This document shows, in pieces, positions 24,618 through 37,540 of a stretch of 64,000 nucleotides of DNA; within the stretch, counting starts at the first letter, position 1, and each line of letters begins with the position of its first letter. The stretch is from assembly GCA_951406725.2 (NCBI GenBank), contig OX597819.1, forward strand, positions 111,972,001 to 112,036,000, read 5' to 3'. Position numbers and translations under genes: made by a program. Source of the stretch: Octopus vulgaris. Taxonomy: Eukaryota. The notes beneath the pieces are model-generated. The model made no database searches and had not been told where the DNA came from. It saw nothing but the letters and a program-made list of their open reading frames with translations.

Positions 24618-24815
24618 TAAAAATATTTGTAGATGGGGTTACTGCAGATCCCACATCTACCATTTCCACACTCTTTTACAGAGAATTCAGTCTTAGTCTC
24701 TGATGAGAATTTCGCTCTTGTTAGTTGTTTCTTCAGGTTTTTGTCTTGGTGTTTACTGTTTTTTGTGCAATATTTTTTTAATATGCTTCCCATTTTGGAG
24801 CTTTGTAGGACTATT
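24618..24815 (-). mobile_element. Penelope-like element fragment (RT-to-GIY-YIG linker)
   Basis: NLKKQLTRAKFSS...VKECGNGRCGICSNPI, the CxxxRCxxC linker typical of Penelope-like ORFs; inverted copy of 25483-25669. Confidence 0.75.
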
Positions 24816-24922
24816 AACAGACATCTACTACAAAAAAAAAAAAGAAAGCCGACACACACCAATATTTAAATTTCTACTCCTGCCACCCATCCCACATAAA
24901 AAGAAACATTCCATATAGTATG

Positions 24923-25150
24923 TATTTCTTTATTGCCCACAAGGGGCTAAACATAGAGGGGACAAACAAGGACAAAGGGATTAAGTCGATTACATCGACC
25001 CCAGTGCGAAACTGGTACTTTATTTATCGACTCCGAAAGGATGAAAAGCAAAGTCGACCTTGGCGGAATTTGAACTCAGAACGTAAAGACAGACGAAATA
25101 CCGCTAAGCATTTCGCCCGGCGCACTAACGTGTCTGCCAGCTCGCCGCCT
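24923..25150 (-). mobile_element. Family A SINE
   Basis: Full consensus match. Confidence 0.85.
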
Positions 25151-25188
<38 letters not shown>

Positions 25189-25189
25189 A

Positions 25190-25669
25190 TGCTATGTTGT
25201 GAAGCGGTGCACGGTACCGGAATATAGTATGGCAAGACGCATATGCAGCATAGTTACCGACTCACAAACACGCCAAATAGGACTAACTGAACTTAAAAAC
25301 TTCCTACTAGTACAAAAATACTCACTCAAATTAATAAAAAATGGAATCTCAAGAGTAATGAAACTAGACATCACACAACTCAGAACTCCAAAAACGAAAA
25401 ACAAAGAAAACATCATCCCTTTCATAAACACACACAACCCTGGAGTTACCAACATGTTTCAAATCATACATTCAAAGTTACCAATAGTCCTACAAAGCCC
25501 AAAAATGGGAAACATATTAAACAAATATTGCATAAAAAGACAGTAAACGCCAAGACAAAAACCTTAAGAAACAACTAAGAAGAGCGAAATTCTCATCAGA
25601 GACTAAAACCGAATTCTTTGTTAAAGAGTGTGGAGATGGTAGATGCGGGATCTGCAGTAACCCCATCTA
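25190..25669 (+). mobile_element. Penelope-like element fragment (RT C-terminus/linker)
   Basis: TVPEYSMARRICSIVTD...LKNFLLVQKY...IPFINTHNP...NLKKQLRRAKF...KECGDGRCGIC; one frameshift near 25540. Confidence 0.82.
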
Positions 25670-25682
25670 GGTGGGTGGGAAA

Positions 25683-25818
25683 GAACTTTGTAGTCAAGTT
25701 CCCTTAACTTCTAGAATGTCGTTAGTGAAACGTATGGTGGAGCATTGTCGTGAAGAACGATTGGCCCTCTTCTGTTGACTAATCTGGAACAGAGGAGTAG
25801 CAGTTTCTTGTTCATTAT
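25683..25818 (-). mobile_element. mariner transposase fragment
   Basis: Translates MNKKLLLLCSRLVNRRGPIVLHDNAPPYVSLTTF*KLRELDYKV (HDNA motif). Confidence 0.75.
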
Positions 25819-25991
25819 GGCAATTTCTTTCCCACCCAGCTTATTCCCCATACCTTTCCCCTACCGACTACCACTTTTTCAAACCCCTAGAGAGGAGTCC
25901 AAGAATCAAACCGATGCTGAAAATGGAAAGAGTCCATCAGCTCTAGTACTCCAGATTTTTACGTTACCGGAATAAACAAATTTCTAACTCG

Positions 25992-26113
25992 CTGGCAAAA
26001 ATGTGCTGACTGTAATGGTACTTACTTTGATGAATAAAATTCCCGTATTGTTGAAATATATTGTGATGAATTTCATGTCTCAAAACGTTGCTTACTTTTT
26101 ACTCGGCCTGATA
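25992..26113 (+). mobile_element. mariner 3' end with probable TIR
   Basis: WQKCADCNGTYFDE* C-terminal motif followed by CTTACTTTTTACTCGGCCTGATA. Confidence 0.6.
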
Positions 26114-26820
26114 TTAATGCATGAAACAAAATTAGTTAGAAAAATATAGTTGACAGCACAATAATTTTACACAGAATTTTATACATAAATTAAACACGTA
26201 CATATAAAAGTTATAAAGGAAAACACACACAGACACACACAAAATCAACGCAGGGAAACAGAATATATGAAATAATCCTTGAAATCTTTCAGGACTTAAC
26301 TGTTGTACAAATTATTAATCTGGTGTTGACGATTCTAGCAGTTATAACAACGTTTCCCATAATCCTTCGCAGTCTACTGCAAAATGGATAAGCATCATAC
26401 TATTATAATCATTTTTTCATCTTGTTGATGAGTTCAAAGCAGTCTAGAAACGTTAATAGACTAATAACGGATTTAGGAATGTTATTGTTCTCAGCTAAAC
26501 GTAAACGGCTTATGAGAAAATATGAAAAGTCCTTAATAAAAGAAGACTAAACTAGAAGTCGTTAATAGAGGTTTGAAAGGAAAGCTATTTTTTCTGCTTA
26601 CATGTAGACACAGCCGTACGGATACATGAGTGTGTGCGCGCGTCGTGTGTGTACTCAGTACATGTAGTAGAGTACATTTATTCTTGATCCAAGGTCGGCG
26701 TTTCACTCATTGCTATGTAGAATAAGCGCGACATATTATCATCTGAGGGATCGCACATAATGTGAAACTCTGAGTAGTGATGATGTAAACGATCAGCATG
26801 AAATCAATCAATCGATATCC

Positions 26821-27550
26821 AGGCGTGGCTATGGCAGCAAGCTGGCAGAAACGTTAGCACGCCGGGCGAAATGCGTAGCCGTATTTCGTCTGCTGTTACG
26901 TTCTGAGTTCAAATTCCGCCGAGGTCGACTTTGCCTTTCATCCTTTCTGAGTTGATAAATTAAGTACCAGTTACACACTGGGGTCGATATAACCGACTTA
27001 ATTGTTTAGCCCCTTGGGGGTAGTAAAGAAATAGGTATTTCGTCTGTCTTTACGTTCTGAGTTCAAATTCCGCCGAGGTCGACTTTGCCTTTCATCCTTT
27101 AGGGTAGATGAATTAAGTAGCAGTTGCGTACTATGGTCGTTCTAATCGACTTCCCTCCTCCCCCCAAATTTTGGGCCTTGTGCCTAGAATAGAAACGGAT
27201 ATATAGGCGTGGCTGTGTGGTAAGAAGTTTGCTTGCCAACCACATGGCTTCAGGTTCAGTCCCACTGCATGGCACCTTGAACAAGTTCTGAGCCAACCAA
27301 ACCCCTGCATGTGGATTTAGTAGATGAACACTAAAAGAAGTCCGTCGTTTGTATATGTGTGTGTTCATCCACCACCATCGCTTGACAACCGGTGTTGGTT
27401 TGCTTATGTCTCTGTGATTTAGCGATTCTGCAAAAGAGACCGATAGAATAAGTACCAGACTTAAAAACTGGGATCAGTTTGTTCAACTAAACGCTTCAAG
27501 GCGATGCTCCAGCATGGCACATGCCCGCAATCCAATTACTGAAGTAAGTA
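26821..27550 (+). mobile_element. Family A SINE dimer (26833-27195) nested at the 5' end of a family B SINE
   Basis: AGGCGTGGCT duplicated at about 26821 and 27205; the family B body continues to about 27550. Confidence 0.8.
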
Positions 27551-28323
27551 AAAATTATATATATATATCAACACACATAATAGATATACACCTATATATA
27601 TATATATATATATACGTATTCACATACATATACAGATTGGTAATATTGGGTTGCTTCCACTGGCTTGAACACCATCTGATTTTATGTGCAGAACATCCGG
27701 AAAGTTTTAACAGATTGCATGTGGTTATACCCTTTTCTACAGATGTACTGTGTATCCCTTACGACTGCTAACTGAGGAGACTCATTGACTTGTATGACTG
27801 GGCAGATCTACATAATATACATTGCATGCTACATATCTGAATTATCTACGGAAGAGCGTGCATACAGTAGGCATTTGTCCAGCAGGTATACGTATCTGTA
27901 TATGTGTGTGCGTATATATTTTCGAGTCACTTTATGGTTTGTTACTCATAACATCATCTCAGAAGCAAACCCCAGAGAAGGCTGGTGATCAGAACTCTAG
28001 CACAGTTTCAAGATAAAACAGTATTGGTGCGTTGTGAAGTCAACGTCTGTTTGACTACATCCATATTGTTGGCTGTTTAACTTTCAATGGGGAAACGATT
28101 TACATCTGGGATCTTAATTTGGTTTCCGCATTCTTTTACGGTTGACGTGATAAAAAATATTTTTGCAGCGACATTTACTGATTAACTTGGGTTTTCTGTT
28201 TAGATTGTTTGAAAATAGAATTTTCTTCACATTGTAGATTTTCACTTAATATATTTATTGATGTAGGCTAAGATAAACCATAAAAATTTTTAAATTAACG
28301 TTTCACGCTTTTACTTGTTATAT

Positions 28324-28555
28324 GTTTCTTTATTACCCACAAGGCGCTAAACATAGAGGGGATAAACAAGGACAGACAAACGAATTAAGTCGATTAAATC
28401 GACCCCAGTGCGTAACTGGTACATGATTTTATCGACCTCGAAAGGATGAAAGGCAAAGTCGACCTCGGCGTAATTTGAACTCAGAACGTAACGGCAGACG
28501 AAATACGGCTACGCATTTCGCCCGGCGTGCTAACGTTTCTGCCAGCTCGCCGCCT
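28324..28555 (-). mobile_element. Family A SINE with 15-bp TSD
   Basis: CTTTTACTTGTTATA on both sides (about 28308-28322 and 28558-28572). Confidence 0.9.
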
Positions 28556-29268
28556 TACTTTTACTTGTTATAGGCAGCTCAAGTTGTGGCATCCCTGCTA
28601 CACACATATTTAAAAGTACATTAGATATTAATTCAAGAAGCCTTACACATATCTATGGAATTTTAAGCATACTTTAAATCTTGGTGGAGAGAGTGTAGCT
28701 TGTTTGAGACTACCATCAGCACTACATTTATCATCAAAAGGATACAACAAACTAATTTTACAGTTGCACCAATAGTTATTTTAATAACTGTCAGCCCCAT
28801 CTGTGGTTATAGATGGCATATCGATGCCCTGGTTACTAAGTGTGGAGTTGTTTACATGAAAACCTGGTACATTGTTGCAAAGTGTAGCCTGTAGTTTAGT
28901 ACAGCCACTACTTGCAATAATGTTGTCGTTACTAGAAAAGCAAATACACTTAGTACTCTGGTGACTGAAGACCTTCCACTGTTCACCTCTTTTGAGAGTT
29001 TCTTACCACTATAGTTTATTGCTGCTGGGGAAATATTTTGAAATCAAATTTTGAAAGTGAATGACAATGTGAGAGTTCATGTTGAAAGTGGAGGGCTGAA
29101 CCAGATGACATTTCAGCTAAGGTTAAAAGATCGATAAAATAAGCATCAGACAAGTACTGCAGTTCATATAATTGGCAATTGACTGCAGTCTCCATACTTG
29201 TGTCAGTGTTGGAAAAGATTTTCTTCTTCTGATCATCATCATCATCATCATTATTATTATTAAATATA

Positions 29269-30240
29269 AGGCGACGAGCTGGCAGAATCGTTAGCACGCC
29301 GGGCGAAATGTTTTGCGGTATTTCGTCTGTCGCTACGTTCTGAGTTCAAATTCCGCCGAGGTCAACTTTGCCTTTCATCCTTTCGGGGTTGATTAAATAA
29401 GTACCAGTTACGCGCTGGGGTCGATATAATCGACTTAAATCCGTTTGTCCCCTCTGTGTATAGCCCCTTGTGGGCAGTAAAGAAATAGGTATTTCGTCTG
29501 CCGTTACGTTCTGAGTTCAAATTCCGCCAGGACAACTTTGCCTTTCATCCTTTCGGGGTCATTCAAATAAGTACCAGTTACGCACTGGGTTCGATATAAT
29601 CGACTTAATCTGTTTGTCTGTCCTCTCTGTGTTTAGCCCCTTGTGGGTAATAAAGAAATAGGTATTTTGTCTGTCTTTATGTTCTGAGTTCAAATTCCGC
29701 GTAGGTCAACTTCCCCTTTCGGGGTCAATAAATTAAATACCAGTTGCGTACTGAGGTCGATCTAATCGACTGGTTCCCTCCCCCAAAATTTCGGGCCTTG
29801 TGCCTAGAGTAGAAAAGAATCATTAGCACGCCGGAAGAAATGCTTAGCAGTATTTCGTCCGCCACTACGTTCTGAGTTCAAATTCCGCCGAGGTCGACTT
29901 TGCCTTTCACCCTGTCGCGGTCGATAAATTAGTACTAGTTGTGTACTGGGGTCGATGTGATCGACTGTCCCCCTTCCCCAAAATTTCAGGCCTTGTGCCT
30001 ATAGCAGAAAGGATTATTATTATTAAAGGCAGCGAGCTGACAGAAACGTGAGGATGCCAGGCAAAATGCTTAGCAGCATTTCGTCTGTCTGCACATTCTG
30101 GGTTCAAATTCCGCCGAGGTCGACTTTGCCTTTCATCTTTCAAGGGTCGATAAATTAAGTACCAGTTGCACACTGGGGTTGATGCAATCAACTAGCACCC
30201 ACCCCCAAAATTCCTGGCCGTGTGCCAAAATTTGAAACCA
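29269..30240 (+). mobile_element. Tandem array of five family A SINE units
   Basis: Five GTTCAAATTCCGC B-box bodies, head to tail, with two alternative tail types. Confidence 0.9.
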
Positions 30241-32514
30241 TCATTATCATTATAATTATTATTATTTTTATTATTATTATTATTAAAGAACATTGTGTAG
30301 GACACATAGTAGAGACAGACTAAAATGCTTTGCTGTAAATAGTTATACTTTTACTCACTAAGTTCAAATCCTAGTAATGCTCACTCCTCAGAAGGGAGAG
30401 GGTCAATATGATATAACATTGGTCAAACATTTAGATACTGGCTGGACAGTGAGGTTAAGCAAATCACTTTTCAATCACGTTGTTCTATGTTTGATCCCAC
30501 AGCAGCACAATACTGGACGTGTGGTTTCTACCTCAGCTTCAGGTTGACCAAAGCCTTGTGAGTGAAAAATCATGTGGCCAGCCAGGCTATCAGATGCTGT
30601 TACATAGCGCTGGTCACAGTGCACCTTGCATCATTTTTACCCTTCGAGAGACACCACCTAGATGAGCAGGCCCATGATCGAGAGAGGGATTGAAACAAAA
30701 TGAAATGAAGGGCCTTGCTCGAGAACACAACATGCTACTCAGTCTGAGAATCAAATCCACCATCTAGCAATTGCGAGTGCAAGAGGTTAACCACTAGGCC
30801 ATATGCCTTCACGTGAGTAAAATCTACTAGATGGACACAGCACAGGCAAGTTTGTTAACACTATAACATGGCCCTAGTGTGTCACTATAATGACATAACA
30901 GTACCCAGTAATGAATCCATGTACTGATAAAAGTGCTGTGACATGATACAGATACAATAGTTATTACTGTAACATAACACAGGTTGCTGTTGTGACATGA
31001 AACTGGTCAGGAATTTTGGGGGTGAGTGCTAGTTGATTACATCAGCCTCAGTGTGCAAATGGTACTTAATTTATCGACCCCTGAAAGAATGAAAGGCAAA
31101 GTCGACCTCAGAGGAATTTGAACCCAGAATGTGTAGACAAACGAAATGCTGCGAAGCATTTTGCCTGGCGTGCTCACATTTCTGTCAGCTCGCTGCCTTT
31201 AATAATAATAATAATAATCCTTTCTGCTATAGGCACAAGGCCTGAAATTACTATTACTTATTGTTGTGATATGACCTAGGTCAAATGATAGTCTAGGATG
31301 AAACCTATGAATTCTTTAACATTAAGACGTCCATGAACTGAAAAAAGGAAGTATAAACAAAACATTTTCTAATTCAACAGCAAAAAAAAAAAAGGACAGA
31401 TAACCATAAGGAATACCAGTTAAATGCTGACAGGGTGACTCAAACATACAGAATAACTGACATGTTGGGTGAGTAGGTTACAGCACCAAAACATTTTCAG
31501 TTGAAGCAATCCAGTCAAAACCATCATATCTTTTTGTTCAAACATAATGCACCCCAGACTACATTATCCAATATATTCTATTTCAAAATATAGTAAGGTG
31601 TAATCCGAGGGAGGTGTAACTTATTTCTTGCAGGTGAAGCAACTACCCCTCATTGGTTAACAACATCCCAGTCTTCGGTAAAAGTCTACTTGTTCAAGAG
31701 AACTCTCTAAAGCTAATCACTATAACCTGAAAAAACCAATTTAGAAACAACCAAACCCATTAAGGGGATCTTCTTAAATTGATACTCAATCAGCTTCATC
31801 TAGCTACCAAATCATTTTCAATATCACACCTCTTATGTGCACGCCCACATTACTCTGTAAAGAGCACAGGACCAGTTTCCTTGTTTCTCTGGCATATATA
31901 TTTCTCCATAGACAGGACACTGGTCTGTTGCAGGATTGTTTTTACCAGCTCAATGGACTGGAGCAATGTGAAATGTAGTGCTTTTTGCTCAAGAATACAT
32001 GTCACCCAGTCCAGGAATCGAAACCACAATCTTACTTTCATGAATTCAACACCCTAACCACAAAGCTATGTACATCATATTTAAAATTCTAAATCACAGG
32101 AAAGTATGCTTCACTAAATTCCTCTCAGTAAATTCTTCATTTTTCTTGAAATGATGAGGACCAGAAGTTTTAATTTCTTATAAAACCTAGAATAACAATA
32201 TGCCACCAAAATAAGGACAGACTCATAACCAAAGATGGAAATCTAAGCTGACACCATTTCTGAATTACAACCCATCACCACTAAAGTCTCCATAATGTAA
32301 AGTGAATGAGTAATCAAGGACCAACCAATGGTGTGGTGTTGGGTGGGTGTCTGGTGCAGAATATTTGATAAAAATAAAAATACACTCTTGTAAGAGCCAG
32401 CAAGCAGGATAGCCCCTATGCTAGAAATGGAAAAAAATTACCCTGCATCAGGTTAGAATTTTGTCTGCCTTTAAATTTTACACCATTGATAGATGAACCC
32501 ACAATAATAAAATC

Positions 32515-32712
32515 TCCTGTTGTTGAAACCACCTGTTGACGAAGCCACCCATGGGCAAAACCATACACTGATGAAAACACCAGCTGATGAATCCATTTAC
32601 TGATGAAATCACTCACTGATGAAGACACTCAGTAATGAAACCACTGATAGATGAAACAGAAGTGTGACTTCATCAGTGAATGTTTCATCATTGATTAGTT
32701 TCATCAGTGGGT
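32515..32712. repeat. 16-bp-period CTGATGAA repeat followed by inverted copies
   Basis: CTGATGAA at 32568, 32584, 32600 and 32616 with degenerate neighbours; TTCATCA(G/T)TG at about 32669, 32684 and 32700. Confidence 0.75.
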
Positions 32713-33199
32713 AGTCTATGATCAAAGGTTTCTCCAATGAAACCCAAAATATCCAATGTGTCCTTTAATAAAGCAGAAGAGTGTGATCTGAGTGTGATTT
32801 ATGCTAGGTCTCTGGTTTGAGGGTAACTTTATCCCTTCCTTCAACTAGTCTTGGAGATCTAGAAAAAGAAATGAGAGAGGGGGGAGGAAGAGAGTTACTG
32901 GTCAACCTGCTGCTATGGAAGAAGGTACCAGACAACAGTGTCCATCCAGAGGGACCGAATCCCAGACTATATGATTCCAAAGCAAACTTCTTAACCACAT
33001 AGCCATGTTGGTGACTGCATAATACAATCTGATGTACAATATTCCTGAAAATAAAAGCAAAAAGGCTGGACGGTCATGGATGGAATTTGTTTGATCAGGG
33101 CCAGCAACAACAACAAACAACAACAAGGAATAAACAACAAAGTTTTAGACAAAAAATGTGAAAATAAAAAAAGACAAAGCAAAGAAAAAAAGTTCTTTT

Positions 33200-33576
33200 G
33201 ATTACACATATATGTTGCTTTTGTTGTTGTTTTTATTACTTAGTTAATTGTTAATTAAGTTTATTTTTTTGTAATTGTTGTGTTTGATTCTGTTTGATGT
33301 CTTAGGTTTTAACAGAGAACTTGCCTTTTTTGGTAGTGGTGGTCGTGGTGGTGGTTGGGGTGGGAGATCTTTTTAATTTATTGATTGGATGGTCAGATTG
33401 GCAGGAGGGGGAAAGGGGCATACGTGGGCAGAGGAGGAGGGTGGTGCTGGTGGTAGCAGGGAATGGAGAGAATAATTAGAAAAGGGGATGAGAGAAAAGG
33501 TAGGAGAGAGAGAGAGAGGGGGAGAAAAAGAGAAAGACAGAGACAGTCAGATTGAAAGGAGGGCAAAGAAAACGTA

Positions 33577-33609
<33 letters not shown>

Positions 33610-33762
33610 GGAATCATAAGAAAGGAAAAGAGATAAAGATGTGTGAGAGAGGAAGAGAGAAAGACAAAGACAGAGAGAGAGAGAGAGAGAGAGAGAAGAA
33701 TAAGCTTTTGCTCTCCATTCCCCACTACAACCATCACCGATCCGAATTTTTACGTCTTGTCA

Positions 33763-33794
<32 letters not shown>

Positions 33795-33893
33795 TCGTTC
33801 CTTCATTCATTAATTTGTTTATCATTCTGCCAAATTTGCATTGCTTTGGATGTGGAGGCAGCTGTTGAGGTCAGTGGGTGGGTCGGTGGGATT

Positions 33894-33924
<31 letters not shown>

Positions 33925-36441
33925 GAAGAGGAAGAGGAGGAGGTGGAGGTAGAGAGGATCTTGTATATAATGTATTTAGTTAATCCATGTGTGGTGATAG
34001 TGTGTGTTGCAGTGGTGGTAGCGGTAGTGGTGGTAGTCGGTATTTTTTTTGATTGATCTTTTTCTTTCTTCTTCTTCTTCATCATCATCATCATCATTAT
34101 CACGGTTGTTATTAAAAAGAATTATTATTAATATTTTTTATCATTATCATTATTATCATTATTATTATTATTATTAACATCGTTATTATTATTTTTGTTA
34201 TCATCATCCTCATCGTCAATTTGTATCGTTAGTCTGTTCCATGTCTTCCAGAAAGAAGGAAAAATAATTGGTAGGAGGAAGAGGAGGAGGAGGAGCAGAA
34301 GGAAGAGGAAGGATTCTGATGTTAAGGCAGCTACATCTCCTCTCCACCCAGTTTTCTTGAAGGTACCCAGGGACAGCATCCTTTGGAAAAGAACAGTGGT
34401 ACTGTCGGTGTTGCTGTTGAGGTCATCGGTGGTGTTGGTAGTAGTACTAGTAGTGATGGTATGGCATTGTCATCGGTGGTAGTGTTAGGTGTTGTTGATG
34501 GTGTTGGTAGTAGTACTGGTAGTGGTGGTATGGCATTGTCATCGGTGGTAGTGTTAGGTGTTGTTGATATTGGTGATGGTGTTGGTAGTAGTATTGCTAG
34601 TGGTGGTATGGCATTGTCGTGGGTGGTAGTGTTAGGTATTGTTGATGTTGGTGATGGTGTTGGTAGTAGTACTGTTAGTGGTGGTATGGCATTGTCGTGG
34701 GTGGTAGTGTTAGGTGTTGTTGATGTTGGTGATGGTGGTGTTGGTAGTAGTACTGGTAGTGGTGGTATAGCATTGTCATCGGTGGTAGTGTTAGGTGTTG
34801 TTGATGTTGGTGGTGGTGTTGGTAGCAGTACTGTTAGTGGTGGTATGGCATTGTCGTCGGTGGTAGTGTTAGGTATTGTTGATGTTGGTGGTGTTGGTAG
34901 TAGTATTGCTAGTGGTGGTATGGCATTGTCGTGGGTGGTAGTGTTAGGTATTGTTGATGTTGGTGGTGTTGGTAGTAGTACTGGTAGTGGTGGTATTATT
35001 ATTGCAGGTGGTGATGGTGTTGTTGATGCTGCCTGTGATGATGGTGTTGGCGGTGTTCTTGCAGTTACAAGTGACATTAGCATTGTTTGTTGTTGTTGTT
35101 GTTGTTTTGGTGGCATTAATGGTCAAGGCAGCATTGCATGTTATTGTTGTTGATGCTGGTGTTGTTGATGGTGGTGGTGGTGGTGGTGATAATGCTGGTA
35201 TGAGATGTCTTTAGGGATGGTGCTATAGGAGGGAGGATCTGATAATCCTGGGTGTTGTCGTTGTTGTTGTTTATATGCAGGCAGCACAGGCAACAGTGGT
35301 CATTAATGGTGGTGGTGGTGATGGTGCTAATGGTGAGGCTAGGGGTGGTGCTTGCGGTGGTGGTGGTAGTACTGGTTGGGTCAGAAGTGAAAGGGGTGGT
35401 CATATGCACTACCTACCCGCCTTCTACTCTAGGGGTTCAGGGTGGCATGATGGTGGTGGAAGGATATCTGCTAGAAAACCGGATGACATCAGTGAACGAC
35501 AGTGAAGTAGGCTGGGGAGTGGTGGGGTAGGGGGGAGCATGGATCGGAGTGGATCGGATCGAATGGGATGAAGGGTGGACACAAGACCGAGGACACGATG
35601 AAGAGGAAGGAAGGAATGAATGGCAATGATGAAGAGGAGGAGTGGACGGAGGGGAAGAATTAGGTAAGGCAGAGCATCTGACGTGGTGATGGTTGGTGGT
35701 GCTGGTGATGGTGGTGGCTGTGAGGGCAGGTGAGGAACAAAGCTGTGATGGGGTCGCAGTGCAAACGGAAAGTGCCCTCCTAAAAAAAGGGTCTCGTAGG
35801 TAAGTGTACATGAGTGACAGTAAGAGATAGAAGAGAGGAAGGAGGGGTTAAAAAGAACTTTTGCCTGTGTTTTTTTACTCCTTACATCTGCTGCCACTGT
35901 CAGTGGTGATGGTGGTGGTAGTAGTAGAAGTAGTAGTGTTGGTGGTGGTGGTGGTAGTGGTGCATGTAGTTATAGTAGGGGGTAGAAGCAGTGGTGGTAG
36001 CAGAAGGTGCAGTGAAATGGTAGAGGCAGTGGTGGTGGTGGTGGTGGTGTAGAAGCAATTGTGCAGGTAGAGGTTGCAGAAGAAGCAGTAGTAGTAGTAG
36101 TAGCAGCAGCAGTGGTGGTAGTGGTAGTTATGCAGTGTTTACGGTGATTGGTCTTCTTTTGTTTTTGTGTGCTTTTTGTCCCCCTTTCAAATAATTGCTG
36201 GTTGTGTTATTGTTGTTGTCCTTCTTCACTAGCTTGCCTTCCTTCCATCTTTCCCTTCTTTCTGAGCCTCCTCCTCCAACCCCCTATCTCCTCCTCCATC
36301 ATTGCCTTAATTTTCATTGATGTTGCTGTTGTTGTTGTTGTTATTGGTTCCTTAACAGATTGTTCTCTTTTCTTCCTTTCTTTTTCTCATGCTCTTTTTT
36401 TCCTTCCTTTTTTTTCATCAACCTTCTACAGATGACTCAAT
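33200..36441 (-). other. Candidate terminal exon / long low-complexity 3' UTR of a minus-strand gene
   Basis: Strong acceptor (long T tract then TTCTAG|ATTGAG, exon start 36441). All three frames stop within 8 codons. The block has no SINEs, and minus-strand AATAAA occurs near 33232 and 33260. The distal boundary is a guess. Confidence 0.45.
34425..35000. repeat. Tandem repeat, about 8 units of 69-81 bp, open reading frames on both strands
   Basis: Minus frame repeats AIPPLxxLLPTP(x)STxPNTTT(H/D)DN inside a 261-aa ORF; plus frame is a Gly/Val/Ser repeat of 256 aa. Confidence 0.85.
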
Positions 36442-36889
36442 CTAGAAAAAATAAAAATAAAAGTAAAAAAAACAAACAAATAACCACATATAAATTTACT
36501 GTAACAACAACAGCAATATCACATTAACATGCCACACATAAAAACCCACACAAGTACACCACCCAAAGATCATCATGTACCTGATCCTTGAATAACATTA
36601 ATCATTATAATACTAACCCCGCTGAGACAGCCCTTGATTCTATGACAACAAAACCTTTTAATTTTAAAATGTTTATATTTATGCTAAAGTTACTATGAAG
36701 TGGTTGGCATTTGGAAGGGCATTCATCAGTAAAAACCATGCCAAAACAGACACAGTAGCCTGGTGTAATCTTCTCCCTAGCTGGCTCCTGTCAAACTGTC
36801 CAACCCATGGAATGCGGACATTAAATGATGATGGTCATCATATTAAGAATCATTAGTTATGTTCCAAATACAAATTAAATAATTATTTC

Positions 36890-37540
36890 TAATTAAGGAA
36901 CAAGGCTTGCAGTTTTGATGGGAGGGGCTGATCAATTATATGAACCCCACCAATAATTGAGTTGTGCTTTATTTTATCAAACCTTGAAAAATATGGAAGG
37001 CAGAGTTGATCCTAGCACAATTTGAACTTAAGATGTAAAGAGTTGGAACAAATACTGGGAAGCATTTTCGCTGATATTCATATGATAAAATAACTGTTTC
37101 AAGTAAAATAACAAAATATCGTTTCTCCTATAGGTGCAAGGCCTGAAATTTTAGGGGAAGATTACATTGACTCCAGGATTCAACTGGTACTATTTTAATG
37201 ATTCCAAAAGGATGAAAGGCAAAGCCGACCTTAGCATAGTCTGAACTCAGAACGTAATGATGAATGAAATGCTGCTAACCATTTTGTCCAGGGTGTTTAC
37301 AATTCTGCCAGCTTGCTGCCTTATAATAACAGGAAGCTTTTCTACTATCACAGAGTCAGAAATCTGGTGGGAGGGAGGTAGTCAATTACATTGACCTTGG
37401 TCTTAATTGGGACTTATTTCAACCTCAAAAGGATGAAAGGCAAAACTGATTTCAGCAGAATTCAAACTCTGAATGTAAAAATAGACGAAATGCTCCTAAG
37501 CATTTTGTCTGGTGTGCTAACAATTCTGCCAGTTCAAAAC
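36890..37540 (-). mobile_element. Three diverged family A SINE copies
   Basis: Degenerate AAAGGATGAAAGGCAAA...GAACTC motifs at about 36995, 37210 and 37430. Confidence 0.65.

Noticed and set aside
24920-25546. 208-aa ORF as a host gene
   Set aside because: Chance fusion of an antisense SINE, a (TA)n run and a Penelope fragment.
35424-35897. 157-aa and 124-aa minus ORFs as genes
   Set aside because: Overlapping low-complexity frames with no recognisable domain; better explained as UTR-like sequence unless translation data say otherwise.
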